Shown piece after piece: positions 12,601-28,687 of a stretch of DNA of 64,000 nt. The notes under the pieces were generated by a model. The model made no database searches. It saw only the letters and a list, made by a program, of their open reading frames with translations, and was not told the origin of the DNA. Numbering within the stretch: position 1 is the first letter of the stretch; each line of letters begins with the position of its first letter. Made by a program: the position numbers and the translations under genes. Source of the stretch: Auanema rhodensis (lineage: Eukaryota; Animalia; Nematoda); assembly GCA_964057225.1 (NCBI GenBank), contig CAXKVF010000093.1, positions 1-64,000 of the forward strand, in the 5' to 3' direction.

Positions 12601-15600
12601 ACTAATATGGACATGGGGAATCTAATTTTGAAAACCGCATCTCCTTATCTTTCACGTGAAGCGAGTTACATACCAAGTGCACATCACGTGTACATTTAAT
12701 TAGCATAAATTAAAGTTCACGTAAATTTCAAAGTCATGGTTACCATGAAGCAATATCAAGAAAAATTTGTTTTTAGACTAATATGGACATGGGGAATCTA
12801 ATTTTGAAAACCGCATCTCTTTATCTTTCACGTGAAGCGAGTTACATACCAAGTGCACATCACGTGTACATTTAATTAGCATAAATTAAAGTTCACGTAA
12901 ATTTCAAAGTCATGGTTACCATGCACCAATATCAATAAAAATTTGTTTTTAGACTAATATGGACATGGGGAATCTAATTTGGAAAACCGCATCTCTTTAT
13001 CTTTCACGTGAAGCGAGTTACATACCAAGTGCACATCACGTGTACATTTAATTAGCATAAATTAAAGTTCACGTAAATTTCAAAGTCATGGTTACCATGC
13101 ACCAATATCAATAAAAATTTGTTTTTAGACTAATATGGACATGGGGAATCTAATTTTGAAAACCGCATCTCTTTATCTTTCACGTGAAGCGAGTTACATA
13201 CCAAGTGCACATCACGTGTACATTTAATTAGCATAAATTAAAGTTCACGTAAATTTCAAAGTCATGGTTACCATGAACAAATATCAATAAAAATTTGTTT
13301 TTAGACTAATATGGACATGGGGAATCTAATTTTGAAAACCGCATCTCTTTATCTTTCACGTGAAGCGAGTTACATACCAAGTGCACATCACGTGTACATT
13401 TAATTAGCATAAATTAAAGTTCACGTAAATTTCAAAGTCATGGTTACCATGCACCAATATCAATAAAAATTTGTTTTTAGACTAATATGGACATGGGGAA
13501 TCTAATTTTGAAAACCGCATCTCTTTATCTTTCACGTGAAGCGAGTTACATACCAAGTGCACATCACGTGTACATTTAATTAGCATAAATTAAAGTTCAC
13601 GTAAATTTCAAAGTCATGGTTACCATGAACCAATATCAATAAAAATTTGTTTTTAGACTAATATGGACATGGGGAATCTAATTTTGAAAACCGCATCTCT
13701 TTATCTTTCACGTGAAGCGAGTTACATACCAAGTGCACATCACGTGTACATTTAATTAGCATAAATTAAAGTTCACGTAAATTTCAAAGTCATGGTTACC
13801 ATGCACCAATATCAATAAAAATTTGTTTTTAGACTAATATGGACATGGGGAATCTAATTTTGAAAACCGCATCTCCTTATCTTTCACGTGAAGCGAGTTA
13901 CATACCAAGTGCACATCACGTGTACATTTAATTAGCATAAATTAAAGTTCACGTAAATTTCAAAGTCATGGTTACCATGCACCAATGTCAATAAAAATTT
14001 GTTTTTAGACTAATATGGACATGGGGAATCTAATTTTGAAAACCGCAACACTTCATCTTTCACGTGAAGCGAGTTACATACCAAGTGCACATCACGTGTA
14101 CATTTAATTAGCATAAATTAAAGTTCACGTAAATTTCAAAGTCATGGTTACCATGCACCAATATCAATAAAAATTTGTTTTTAGACTAATATGGACATGG
14201 GGAATCTAATTTTGAAAACCGCATCTCTTTATCTTTCACGTGAAGCGAGTTACATACCAAGTGCACATCACGTGTACATTTAATTAGCATAAATTAAAGT
14301 TCACGTAAATTTCAAAGTCATGGTTACCATGCACCAATGTCTATAAAAATTTGTTTTTAGACTAATATGGACATGGGGAATCTAATTTTGAAAACCGCAT
14401 CTCTTCATCTTTCACGTGAAGCGAGTTACATACCAAGTGCACATCACGTGTACATTTAATTAGCATAAATTAAAGTTCACGTAAATTTCAAAGTCATGGT
14501 TACCATGCACCAATATCAATAAAAATTTGTTTTTAGACTAATATGGACATGGGGAATCTAATTTTGAAAACCGCATCTCTTCATCTTTCACGTGAAGCGA
14601 GTTACATACCAAGTGCACATCACGTGTACATTTAATTAGCATAAATTAAAGTTCACGTAAATTTCAAAGTCATGGTTACCATGCACCAATATCAATAAAA
14701 ATTTGTTTTTAGACTAATATGGACATGGGGAATCTAATTTTGAAAACCGCATCTCTTTATCTTTCACGTGAAGCGAGTTACATACCAAGTGCACATCACG
14801 TGTACATTTAATTAGCATAAATTAAAGTTCACGTAAATTTCAAAGTCATGGTTACCATGCACCAATGTCAATAAAAATTTGTTTTTAGACTAATATGGAC
14901 ATGGGGAATCTAATTTTGAAAACCGCATCTCTTCATCTTTCACGTGAAGCGAGTTACATACCAAGTGCACATCACGTGTACATTTAATTAGCATAAATTA
15001 AAGTTCACGTAAATTTCAAAGTCATGGTTACCATGCACCAATATCAATAAAAATTTGTTTTTAGACTAATATGGACATGGGGAATCTAATTTTGAAAACC
15101 GCATCTCTTTATCTTTCACGTGAAGCGAGTTACATACCAAGTGCACATCACGTGTACATTTAATTAGCATAAATTAAAGTTCACGTAAATTTCAAAGTCA
15201 TGGTTACCATGAACCAATATCAATAAAAATTTGTTTTTAGACTAATATGGACATGGGGAATCTAATTTTGAAAACCGCATCTCTTTATCTTTCACGTGAA
15301 GCGAGTTACATACCAAGTGCACATCACGTGTACATTTAATTAGCATAAATTAAAGTTCACGTAACTTTCAAAGTCATGGTTACCATGCACCAATATCAAT
15401 AAAAATTTGTTTTTAGACTAATATGGACATGGGGAATCTAATTTTGAAAATCGCATCTCTTTATCTTTCACGTGAAGCGAGTTACATACCAAGTGCACAT
15501 CACGTGTACATTTAATTAGCATAAATTAAAGTTCACGTAAATTTCAAAGTCATGGTTACCATGAACCAATATCAATAAAAATTTGTTTTTAGACTAATAT

Positions 15601-18600
15601 GGACATGGGGAATCTAATTTTGAAAACCGCATCTCTTTAGCTTTCACGTGAAGCGAGTTACATACCAAGTGCACATCACGTGTACATTTAATTAGCATAA
15701 ATTAAAGTTCACGTAAATTTCAAAGTCATGGTTACCATGCACCAATATCAATAAAAATTTGTTTTTAAACTAATATGGACATGGGGAATCTAATTTTGAA
15801 AACCGCATCTCTTTATCTTTCACGTGAAGCGAGTTACATACCAAGTGCACATCACGTGTACATTTAATTAGCATAAATTAAAGTTCACGTAAATTTCAAA
15901 GTCATGGTTACCATGCACCAATGTCAATAAAAATTTGTTTTTAGACTAATATGGACATGGGGAATCTAATTTTGAAAACCGCATCTCTTCATCTTTCACG
16001 TGAAGCGAGTTACATACCAAGTGCACATCACGTGTACATTTAATTAGCATAAATTAAAGTTCACGTAAATTTCAAAGTCATGGTTACCATGCACCAATAT
16101 CAATAAAAATTTGTTTTTAGACTAATATGGACATGGGGAATCTAATTTTGAAAACCGCATCTCTTTATCTTTCACGTGAAGCGAGTTACATACCAAGTGC
16201 ACATCACGTGTACATTTAATTAGCATAAATTAAAGTTCACGTAAATTTCAAAGTCATGGTTACCATGCACCAATGTCAATAAAAATTTGTTTTTAGACTA
16301 ATATGGACATGGGGAATCTAATTTTGAAAACCGCATCTCTTCATCTTTCACGTGAAGCGAGTTACATTCCAAGTGCACATCACGTGTACATTTAATTAGC
16401 ATAAATTAAAGTTCACGTAAATTTCAAAGTCATGGTTACCATGCACCAATATCAATAAAAATTTGTTTTTAGACTAATATGGACATGGGGAATCTAATTT
16501 TGAAAACCGCATCTCTTTATCTTTCACGTGAAGCGAGTTACATACCAAGTGCACATCACGTGTACATTTAATTAGCATAAATTAAAGTTCACGTAAATTT
16601 CAAAGTCATGGTTACCATGAACCAATATCAATAAAAATTTGTTTTTAGACTAATATGGACATGGGGAATCTAATTTTGAAAACCGCATCTCTTTATCTTT
16701 CACGTGAAGCGAGTTACATACCAAGTGCCCATCACGTGTACATTTAATTAGCATAAATTAAAGTTCACGTAAATTTCAAAGTCATGGTTACCATGCACCA
16801 ATATCAATAAAAATTTGTTTTTAGACTAATATGGACATGGGGAATCTAATTTTGAAAACCGCATCTCTTCATCTTTCACGTGAAGCGAGTTACATACCAA
16901 GTGCACATCACGTGTACATTTAATTAGCATAAATTAAAGTTCACGTAAATTTCAAAGTCATGGTTACCATGCACCAATATCAATAAAAATTTGTTTTTAG
17001 ACTAATATGGACATGGGGAATCTAATTTTGAAAACCGCATCTCTTTATCTTTCACGTGAAGCGAGTTACATACCAAGTGCACATCACGTGTACATTTAAT
17101 TAGCATAAATTAAAGTTCACGTAAATTTCAAAGTCATGGTTACCATGCACCAATGTCAATAAAAATTTGTTTTTAGACTAATATGGACATGGGGAATCTA
17201 ATTTTGAAAACCGCATCTCTTCATCTTTCACGTGAAGCGAGTTACATTCCAAGTGCACATCACGTGTACATTTAATTAGCATAAATTAAAGTTCACGTAA
17301 ATTTCAAAGTCATGGTTACCATGCACCAATATCAATAAAAATTTGTTTTTAGACTAATATGGACATGGGGAATCTAATTTTGAAAACCGCATCTCTTTAT
17401 CTTTCACGTGAAGCGAGTTACATACCAAGTGCACATCACGTGTACATTTAATTAGCATAAATTAAAGTTCACGTAAATTTCAAAGTCATGGTTACCATGA
17501 ACCAATATCAATAAAAATTTGTTTTTAGACTAATATGGACATGGGGAATCTAATTTTGAAAACCGCATCTCTTTATCTTTCACGTGAAGCGAGTTACATA
17601 CCAAGTGCCCATCACGTGTACATTTAATTAGCATAAATTAAAGTTCACGTAAATTTCAAAGCCATGGTTACCATGCACCAATATCAATAAAAATTTGTTT
17701 TTAGACTAATATGGACATGGGGAATCTAATTTTGAAAACCGCATCTCCTTATCTTTCACGTGAAGCGAGTTACATACCAAGTGCACATCACGTGTACATT
17801 TAATTAGCATAAATTAAAGTTCACGTAAATTTCAAAGTCATGGTTACCATGAAGCAATATCAAGAAAAATTTGTTTTTAGACTAATATGGACATGGGGAA
17901 TCTAATTTTGAAAACCGCATCTCTTTATCTTTCACGTGAAGCGAGTTACATACCAAGTGCACATCACGTGTACATTTAATTAGCATAAATTAAAGTTCAC
18001 GTAAATTTCAAAGTCATGGTTACCATGCACCAATATCAATAAAAATTTGTTTTTAGACTAATATGGACATGGGGAATCTAATTTTGAAAACCGCATCTCT
18101 TTATCTTTCACGTGAAGCGAGTTACATACCAAGTGCACATCACGTGTACATTTAATTAGCATAAATTAAAGTTCACGTAAATTTCAAAGTCATGGTTACC
18201 ATGCACCAATATCAATAAAAATTTGTTTTTAGACTAATATGGACATGGGGAATCTAATTTTGAAAACCGCATCTCTTTATCTTTCACGTGAAGCGAGTTA
18301 CATACCAAGTGCACATCACGTGTACATTTAATTAGCATAAATTAAAGTTCACGTAAATTTCAAAGTCATGGTTACCATGAACAAATATCAATAAAAATTT
18401 GTTTTTAGACTAATATGGACATGGGGAATCTAATTTTGAAAACCGCATCTCTTTATCTTTCACGTGAAGCGAGTTACATACCAAGTGCACATCACGTGTA
18501 CATTTAATTAGCATAAATTAAAGTTCACGTAAATTTCAAAGTCATGGTTACCATGCACCAATATCAATAAAAATTTGTTTTTAGACTAATATGGACATGG

Positions 18601-21600
18601 GGAATCTAATTTTGAAAACCGCATCTCTTTATCTTTCACGTGAAGCGAGTTACATACCAAGTGCCCATCACGTGTACATTTAATTAGCATAAATTAAAGT
18701 TCACGTAAATTTCAAAGTCATGGTTACCATGCACCAATATCAATAAAAATTTGTTTTTAGACTAATATGGACATGGGGAATCTAATTTTGAAAACCGCAT
18801 CTCCTTATCTTTCACGTGAAGCGAGTTACATACCAAGTGCACATCACGTGTACATTTAATTAGCATAAATTAAAGTTCACGTAAATTTCAAAGTCATGGT
18901 TACCATGAAGCAATATCAAGAAAAATTTGTTTTTAGACTAATATGGACATGGGGAATCTAATTTTGAAAACCGCATCTCTTTATCTTTCACGTGAAGCGA
19001 GTTACATACCAAGTGCACATCACGTGTACATTTAATTAGCATAAATTAAAGTTCACGTAAATTTCAAAGTCATGGTTACCATGCACCAATATCAATAAAA
19101 ATTTGTTTTTAGACTAATATGGACATGGGGAATCTAATTTTGAAAACCGCATCTCTTTATCTTTCACGTGAAGCGAGTTACATACCAAGTGCACATCACG
19201 TGTACATTTAATTAGCATAAATTAAAGTTCACGTAAATTTCAAAGTCATGGTTACCATGCACCAATATCAATAAAAATTTGTTTTTAGACTAATATGGAC
19301 ATGGGGAATCTAATTTTGAAAACCGCATCTCTTTATCTTTCACGTGAAGCGAGTTACATACCAAGTGCACATCACGTGTACATTTAATTAGCATAAATTA
19401 AAGTTCACGTAAATTTCAAAGTCATGGTTACCATGAACAAATATCAATAAAAATTTGTTTTTAGACTAATATGGACATGGGGAATCTAATTTTGAAAACC
19501 GCATCTCTTTATCTTTCACGTGAAGCGAGTTACATACCAAGTGCACATCACGTGTACATTTAATTAGCATAAATTAAAGTTCACGTAAATTTCAAAGTCA
19601 TGGTTACCATGCACCAATATCAATAAAAATTTGTTTTTAGACTAATATGGACATGGGGAATCTAATTTTGAAAACCGCATCTCTTTATCTTTCACGTGAA
19701 GCGAGTTACATACCAAGTGCACATCACGTGTACATTTAATTAGCATAAATTAAAGTTCACGTAAATTTCAAAGTCATGGTTACCATGAACCAATATCAAT
19801 AAAAATTTGTTTTTAGACTAATATGGACATGGGGAATCTAATTTTGAAAACCGCATCTCTTTATCTTTCACGTGAAGCGAGTTACATACCAAGTGCACAT
19901 CACGTGTACATTTAATTAGCATAAATTAAAGTTCACGTAAATTTCAAAGTCATGGTTACCATGCACCAATATCAATAAAAATTTGTTTTTAGACTAATAT
20001 GGACATGGGGAATCTAATTTTGAAAACCGCATCTCCTTATCTTTCACGTGAAGCGAGTTACATACCAAGTGCACATCACGTGTACATTTAATTAGCATAA
20101 ATTAAAGTTCACGTAAATTTCAAAGTCATGGTTACCATGCACCAATGTCAATAAAAATTTGTTTTTAGACTAATATGGACATGGGGAATCTAATTTTGAA
20201 AACCGCAACACTTCATCTTTCACGTGAAGCGAGTTACATACCAAGTGCACATCACGTGTACATTTAATTAGCATAAATTAAAGTTCACGTAAATTTCAAA
20301 GTCATGGTTACCATGCACCAATATCAATAAAAATTTGTTTTTAGACTAATATGGACATGGGGAATCTAATTTTGAAAACCGCATCTCTTTATCTTTCACG
20401 TGAAGCGAGTTACATACCAAGTGCACATCACGTGTACATTTAATTAGCATAAATTAAAGTTCACGTAAATTTCAAAGTCATGGTTACCATGCACCAATGT
20501 CTATAAAAATTTGTTTTTAGACTAATATGGACATGGGGAATCTAATTTTGAAAACCGCATCTCTTCATCTTTCACGTGAAGCGAGTTACATACCAAGTGC
20601 ACATCACGTGTACATTTAATTAGCATAAATTAAAGTTCACGTAAATTTCAAAGTCATGGTTACCATGCACCAATATCAATAAAAATTTGTTTTTAGACTA
20701 ATATGGACATGGGGAATCTAATTTTGAAAACCGCATCTCTTCATCTTTCACGTGAAGCGAGTTACATACCAAGTGCACATCACGTGTACATTTAATTAGC
20801 ATAAATTAAAGTTCACGTAAATTTCAAAGTCATGGTTACCATGCACCAATATCAATAAAAATTTGTTTTTAGACTAATATGGACATGGGGAATCTAATTT
20901 TGAAAACCGCATCTCTTTATCTTTCACGTGAAGCGAGTTACATACCAAGTGCACATCACGTGTACATTTAATTAGCATAAATTAAAGTTCACGTAAATTT
21001 CAAAGTCATGGTTACCATGCACCAATGTCAATAAAAATTTGTTTTTAGACTAATATGGACATGGGGAATCTAATTTTGAAAACCGCATCTCTTCATCTTT
21101 CACGTGAAGCGAGTTACATACCAAGTGCACATCACGTGTACATTTAATTAGCATAAATTAAAGTTCACGTAAATTTCAAAGTCATGGTTACCATGCACCA
21201 ATATCAATAAAAATTTGTTTTTAGACTAATATGGACATGGGGAATCTAATTTTGAAAACCGCATCTCTTTATCTTTCACGTGAAGCGAGTTACATACCAA
21301 GTGCACATCACGTGTACATTTAATTAGCATAAATTAAAGTTCACGTAAATTTCAAAGTCATGGTTACCATGAACCAATATCAATAAAAATTTGTTTTTAG
21401 ACTAATATGGACATGGGGAATCTAATTTTGAAAACCGCATCTCTTTATCTTTCACGTGAAGCGAGTTACATACCAAGTGCACATCACGTGTACATTTAAT
21501 TAGCATAAATTAAAGTTCACGTAACTTTCAAAGTCATGGTTACCATGCACCAATATCAATAAAAATTTGTTTTTAGACTAATATGGACATGGGGAATCTA

Positions 21601-21999
21601 ATTTTGAAAATCGCATCTCTTTATCTTTCACGTGAAGCGAGTTACATACCAAGTGCACATCACGTGTACATTTAATTAGCATAAATTAAAGTTCACGTAA
21701 ATTTCAAAGTCATGGTTACCATGAACCAATATCAATAAAAATTTGTTTTTAGACTAATATGGACATGGGGAATCTAATTTTGAAAACCGCATCTCTTTAT
21801 CTTTCACGTGAAGCGAGTTACATACCAAGTGCACATCACGTGTACATTTAATTAGCATAAATTAAAGTTCACGTAAATTTCAAAGTCATGGTTACCATGC
21901 ACCAATATCAATAAAAATTTGTTTTTAAACTAATATGGACATGGGGAATCTAATTTTGAAAACCGCATCTCTTTATCTTTCACGTGAAGCGAGTTACAT
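9504..21999 (+). repeat. Large tandem block duplication: about 36 monomers (about 9.5-15.84 kb) followed by 35 monomers (15.84-22.0 kb)
   Basis: Markers at offset 6160 (35x176): CGCAACAC 14044/20204, GTCTATA 14339/20499, a54c 15365/21525, c140t 15451/21611, GAAGCAATATCAAG 12747/18907. Markers at offset 6336 (36x176), upstream of an extra monomer: a1t 10032/16368 and 10912/17248, GAAGC 11515/17851. The left boundary is uncertain by about one monomer. Confidence 0.93.
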
Positions 22000-24900
22000 A
22001 CCAAGTGCACATCACGTGTACATTTAATTAGCATAAATTAAAGTTCACGTAAATTTCAAAGTCATGGTTACCATGCACCAATATCAATAAAAATTTGTTT
22101 TTAGACTAATATGGACATGGGGAATCTAATTTTGAAAACCGCATCTCTTTAACTTTCACGTGAAGCGAGTTACATACCAAGTGCACATCACGTGTACATT
22201 TAATTAGCATAAATTAAAGTTCACGTAAATTTCAAAGTCATGGTTACCATGAACCAATATCAATAAAAATTTGTTTTTAGACTAATATGGACATGGGGAA
22301 TCTAATTTTGAAAACCGCATCTCTTTATCTTTCACGTGAAGCGAGTTACATACCAAGTGCACATCACATGTACATTTAATTAGCATAAATTAAAGTTCAC
22401 GTAAATTTCAAAGTCATGGTTACCATGAACCAATATCAATAAAAATTTGTTTTTAGACTAATATGGACATGGGGAATCTAATTTTGAAAACCGCATCTCT
22501 TTATCTTTCACGTGAAGCGAGTTACATACCAAGTGCACATCACGTGTACATTTAATTAGCATAAATTAAAGTTCACGTAAATTTCAAAGTCATGGTTACC
22601 ATGCACCAATATCAATAAAAATTTGTTTTTCGACTAATATGGACATGGGGAATCTAATTTTGAAAACCGCATCTCCTTATCTTTCACGTGAAGCGAGTTA
22701 GATACCAAGTGCACATCACGTGTACATTTAATTAGCATAAATTAAAGTTCACGTAAATTTCAAAGTCATGGTTACCATGCACCAATATCAATAAAAATTT
22801 GTTTTTAGACTAATATGGACATGGGGAATCTAATTTTGAAAACCGTATCTCTTCATTTTTCACGTGAAGCGAGTTACATACCAAGTGCACATCACGTGTA
22901 CATTTAATTAGCATAAATTAAAGTTCACGTAAATTTCAAAGTCATGGTTACCATGCACCAATATCAATAAAAATTTGTTTTTAGACTAATATGGACATGG
23001 GGAATCTAATTTTGAAAACCGTATCTCTTCATTTTTCACGTGAAGCGAGTTACATATCAAGTGCACATCACGTGTACATTTAATTAGCATAAATTAAAGT
23101 TCACGTAAATTTCAAAGTCATGGTTACCATGCACCAATATCAATAAAAATTTGTTTTTAGACTAATATGGACATGGGGAATCTAATTTTGAAAACCGCAT
23201 CTCCTTATCTCTCACGTGAAGCGAGTTACATACCAAGTGCACATCACGTGTACATTTAATTAGCATAAATTAAAGTTCACGTAAATTTCAAAGTCATGGT
23301 TACCATGCACCAATATCAATAAAAATTTGTTTTTAGACTAATATGGACATGGGGAATCTAATTTTGAAAACCGTATCTCTTCATTTTTCACGTGAAGCGA
23401 GTTACATACCAAGTGCACATCACGTGTACATTTAATTAGCATAAATTAAAGTTCACGTAAATTTCAAAGTCATGGTTACCATGCACCAATATCAATAAAA
23501 ATTTGTTTTTAGACTAATATGGACATGGGGAATCTAATTTTGAAAACCGCATCTCTTTATCTTTCACGTGAAGCGAGTTACATACCAAGTGCACATCACG
23601 TGTACATTTAATTAGCATAAATTAAAGTTCACGTAAATTTCAAAGTCATGGTTACCATGAACCAATATCAATAAAAATTTGTTTTTAGACTAATATGGAC
23701 ATGGGGAATCTAATTTTGAAAACCGCATCTCTTTATCTTTCACGTGAAGCGAGTTACATACCAAGTGCACATCACGTGTACATTTAATTAGCATAAATTA
23801 AAGTTCACGTAAATTTCAAAGTCATGGTTACCATGCACCAATATCAATAAAAATTTGTTTTTAGACTAATATGGACATGGGGAATCTAATTTTGAAAACC
23901 GCATCTCTTTATCTTTCACGTGAAGCGAGTTACATACCAAGTGCACATCACGTGTACATTTAATTAGCATAAATTAAAGTTCACGTAAATTTCAAAGTCA
24001 TGGTTACCATGCACCAATATCAATAAAAATTTGTTTTTAAACTAATATGGACATGGGGAATCTAATTTTGAAAACCGCATCTCTTTATCTTTCACGTGAA
24101 GCGAGTTACATACCAAGTGCACATCACGTGTACATTTAATTAGCATAAATTAAAGTTCACGTAAATTTCAAAGTCATGGTTACCATGCACCAATATCAAT
24201 AAAAATTTGTTTTTAGACTAATATGGACATGGGGAATCTAATTTTGAAAACCGCATCTCTTTATCTTTCACGTGAAGCGAGTTACATACCAAGTGCACAT
24301 CACGTGTACATTTAATTAGCATAAATTAAAGTTCACGTAAATTTCAAAGTCATGGTTACCATGAACCAATATCAATAACAATTTGTTTTTAGACTAATAT
24401 GGACATGGGGAATCTAATTTTGAAAACCGCATCTCTTTATCTTTCACGTGAAGCGAGTTACATACCAAGTGCACATCACGTGTACATTTAATTAGCATAA
24501 ATTAAAGTTCACGTAAATTTCAAAGTCATGGTTACCATGAACCAATATCAATAAAAATTTGTTTTTAGACTAATATGGACATGGGGAATCTAATTTTGAA
24601 AACCGCATCTCTTTATCTTTCACGTGAAGCGAGTTACATACCAAGTGCACATCACGTGTACATTTAATTAGCATAAATTAAAGTTCACGTAAATTTCAAA
24701 GTCATGGTTACCATGAACCAATATCAATAACAATTTGTTTTTAGACTAATATGGACATAGGGAATCTAATTTTAAAAACCGCATCTCTTTATCTTTCACG
24801 TGAAGCGAGTTACATACCAAGTGCACATCACGTGTACATTTAATTAGCATAAATTAAAGTTCACGTAAATTTCAAAGTCATGGTTACCATGCACCAATAT

Positions 24901-27900
24901 CAATAAAAATTTGTTTTTAGACTAATATGGACATGGGGAATCTAATTTTGAAAACCGCATCTCCTTATCTTTCACGTGAAGCGAGTTACATACCAAGTGC
25001 ACATCACGTGTACATTTAATTAGCATAAATTAAAGTTCACGTAAATTTCAAAGTCATGGTTACCATGAACCAATATCAATAAAAATTTGTTTTTAGACTA
25101 ATATGGACATGGGGAATCTAATTTTGAAAACCGCATCTCTTCATTTTTCACGTGAAGCGAGTTACATACCAAGTGCACATCACGTGTACATTTAATTAGC
25201 ATAAATTAAAGTTCACGTAAATTTCAAAGTCATGGTTACCATGCACCAATATCAATAAAAATTTGTTTTTAAACTAATATGGACATGGGGAATCTAATTT
25301 TGAAAACCGCATCTCTTTATCTTTCACGTGAAGCGAGTTACATACCAAGTGCACATCACGTGTACATTTAATTAGCATAAATTAAAGTTCACGTAAATTT
25401 CAAAGTCATGGTTACCATGCACCAATATCAATAAAAATTTGTTTTTAGACTAATATGGACATGGGGAATCTAATTTTGAAAACCGTATCTCTTCATTTTT
25501 CACGTGAAGCGAGTTACATACCAAGTGCACATCACGTGTACATTTAATTAGCATAAATTAAAGTTCACGTAAATTTCAAAGTCATGGTTACCATGCACCA
25601 ATATCAATAAAAATTTGTTTTTAGACTAATATGGACATGGGGAATCTAATTTTGAAAACCGCATCTCTTTATCTTTCACGTGAAGCGAGTTACATACCAA
25701 GTGCACATCACGTGTACATTTAATCAGCATAAATTAAAGTTCACGTAAATTTCAAAGTCATGGTTACCATGAACCAATATCAATAAAAATTTGTTTTTAG
25801 ACTAATATGGACATGGGGAATCTAATTTTGAAAACCGCATCTCTTTATCTTTCACGTGAAGCGAGTTACATACCAAGTGCACATCACGTGTACATTTAAT
25901 TAGCATAAATTAAAGTTCACGTAAATTTCAAAGTCATGGTTACCATGCACCAATATCAATAAAAATTTGTTTTTAGACTAATATGGACATGGGGAATCTA
26001 ATTTTGAAAACCGCATCTCTTTATCTTTCACGTGAAGCGAGTTACATACCAAGTGCACATCACGTGTACATTTAATTAGCATAAATTAAAGTTCACGTAA
26101 ATTTCAAAGTCATGGTTACCATGCACCAATATCAATAAAAATTTGTTTTTAAACTAATATGGACATGGGGAATCTAATTTTGAAAACCGCATCTCTTTAT
26201 CTTTCACGTGAAGCGAGTTACATACCAAGTGCACATCACGTGTACATTTAATTAGCATAAATTAAAGTTCACGTAAATTTCAAAGTCATGGTTACCATGC
26301 ACCAATATCAATAAAAATTTGTTTTTAGACTAATATGGACATGGGGAATCTAATTTTGAAAACCGCATCTCTTCATTTTTCACGTGAAGCGAGTTACATA
26401 CCAAGTGCACATCACGTGTACATTTAATTAGCATAAATTAAAGTTCACGTAAATTTCAAAGTCATGGTTACCATGCACCAATATCAATAAAAATTTGTTT
26501 TTAGACTAATATGGACATGGGGAATCTAATTTTGAAAACCGCATCTCTTTATCTTTCACGTGAAGCGAGTTACATACCAAGTGCACATCACGTGTACATT
26601 TAATTAGCATAAATTAAAGTTCACGTAAATTTCAAAGTCATGGTTACCATGCACCAATATCAATAAAAATTTGTTTTTAGACTAATATGGACATGGGGAA
26701 TCTAATTTTGAAAACCGCATCTCCTTATCTTTCACGTGAAGCGAGTTACATACCAAGTGCACATCACGTGTACATTTAATTAGCATAAATTAAAGTTCAC
26801 GTAAATTTCAAAGTCATGGTTACCATGCACCAATATCAATAAAAATTTGTTTTTAGACTAATATGGACATGGGGAATCTAATTTTGAAAACCGCATCTCT
26901 TTATCTTTCACGTGAAGCGAGTTACATACCAAGTGCACATCACGTGTACATTTAATTAGCATAAATTAAAGTTCACGTAAATTTCAAAGTCATGGTTACC
27001 ATGCACCAATATCAATAAAAATTTGTTTTTAGACTAATATGGACATGGGGAATCTAATTTTGAAAACCGCATCTCTTCATTTTTCACGTGAAGCGAGTTA
27101 CATACCAAGTGCACATCACGTGTACATTTAATTAGCATAAATTAAAGTTCACGTAAATTTCAAAGTCATGGTTACCATGCACCAATATCAATAAAAATTT
27201 GTTTTTAGACTAATATGGACATGGGGAATCTAATTTTGAAAACCGCATCTCTTTATCTTTCACGTGAAGCGAGTTACATACCAAGTGCACATCACGTGTA
27301 CATTTAATTAGCATAAATTAAAGTTCACGTAAATTTCAAAGTCATGGTTACCATTAACCAATATCAATAAAAATTTGTTTTTAGACTAATATGGACATGG
27401 GGAATCTAATTTTGAAAACCGCATCTCTTTATCTTTCACGTGAAGCGAGTTACATACCAAGTGCACATCACGTGTACATTTAATTAGCATAAATTAAAGT
27501 TCACGTAAATTTCAAAGTCATGGTTACCATGCACCAATATCAATAAAAATTTGTTTTTAGACTAATATGGACATGGGGAATCTAATTTTGAAAACCGCAT
27601 CTCTTTATCTTTCACGTGAAGCGAGTTACATACCAAGTGCACATCACGTGTACATTTAATTAGCATAAATTAAAGTTCACGTAAATTTCAAAGTCATGGT
27701 TACCATGCACCAATATCAATAAAAATTTGTTTTTAGACTAATATGGACATGGGGAATCTAATTTTGAAAACCGCATCTCTTCATTTTTCACGTGAAGCGA
27801 GTTACATACCAAGTGCACATCACGTGTACATTTAATTAGCATAAATTAAAGTTCACGTAAATTTCAAAGTCATGGTTACCATGCACCAATATCAATAAAA

Positions 27901-28687
27901 ATTTGTTTTTAGACTAATATGGACATGGGGAATCTAATTTTGAAAACCGCATCTCTTTATCTTTCACGTGAAGCGAGTTACATACCAAGTGCACATCACG
28001 TGTACATTTAATTAGCATAAATTAAAGTTCACGTAAATTTCAAAGTCATGGTTACCATGCACCAATATCAATAAAAATTTGTTTTTAGACTAATATGGAC
28101 ATGGGGAATCTAATTTTGAAAACCGCATCTCCTTATCTTTCACGTGAAGCGAGTTACATACCAAGTGCACATCACGTGTACATTTAATTAGCATAAATTA
28201 AAGTTCACGTAAATTTCAAAGTCATGGTTACCATGCACCAATATCAATAAAAATTTGTTTTTAGACTAATATGGACATGGGGAATCTAATTTTGAAAACC
28301 GCATCTCTTTATCTTTCACGTGAAGCGAGTTACATACCAAGTGCACATCACGTGTACATTTAATTAGCATAAATTAAAGTTCACGTAAATTTCAAAGTCA
28401 TGGTTACCATGCACCAATATCAATAAAAATTTGTTTTTAGACTAATATGGACATGGGGAATCTAATTTTGAAAACCGCATCTCCTTATCTTTCACGTGAA
28501 GCGAGTTACATACCAAGTGCACATCACGTGTACATTTAATTAGCATAAATTAAAGTTCACGTAAATTTCAAAGTCATGGTTACCATGCACCAATATCAAT
28601 AAAAATTTGTTTTTAGACTAATATGGACATGGGGAATCTAATTTTGAAAACCGCATCTCTTTATCTTTCACGTGAAGCGAGTTACAT

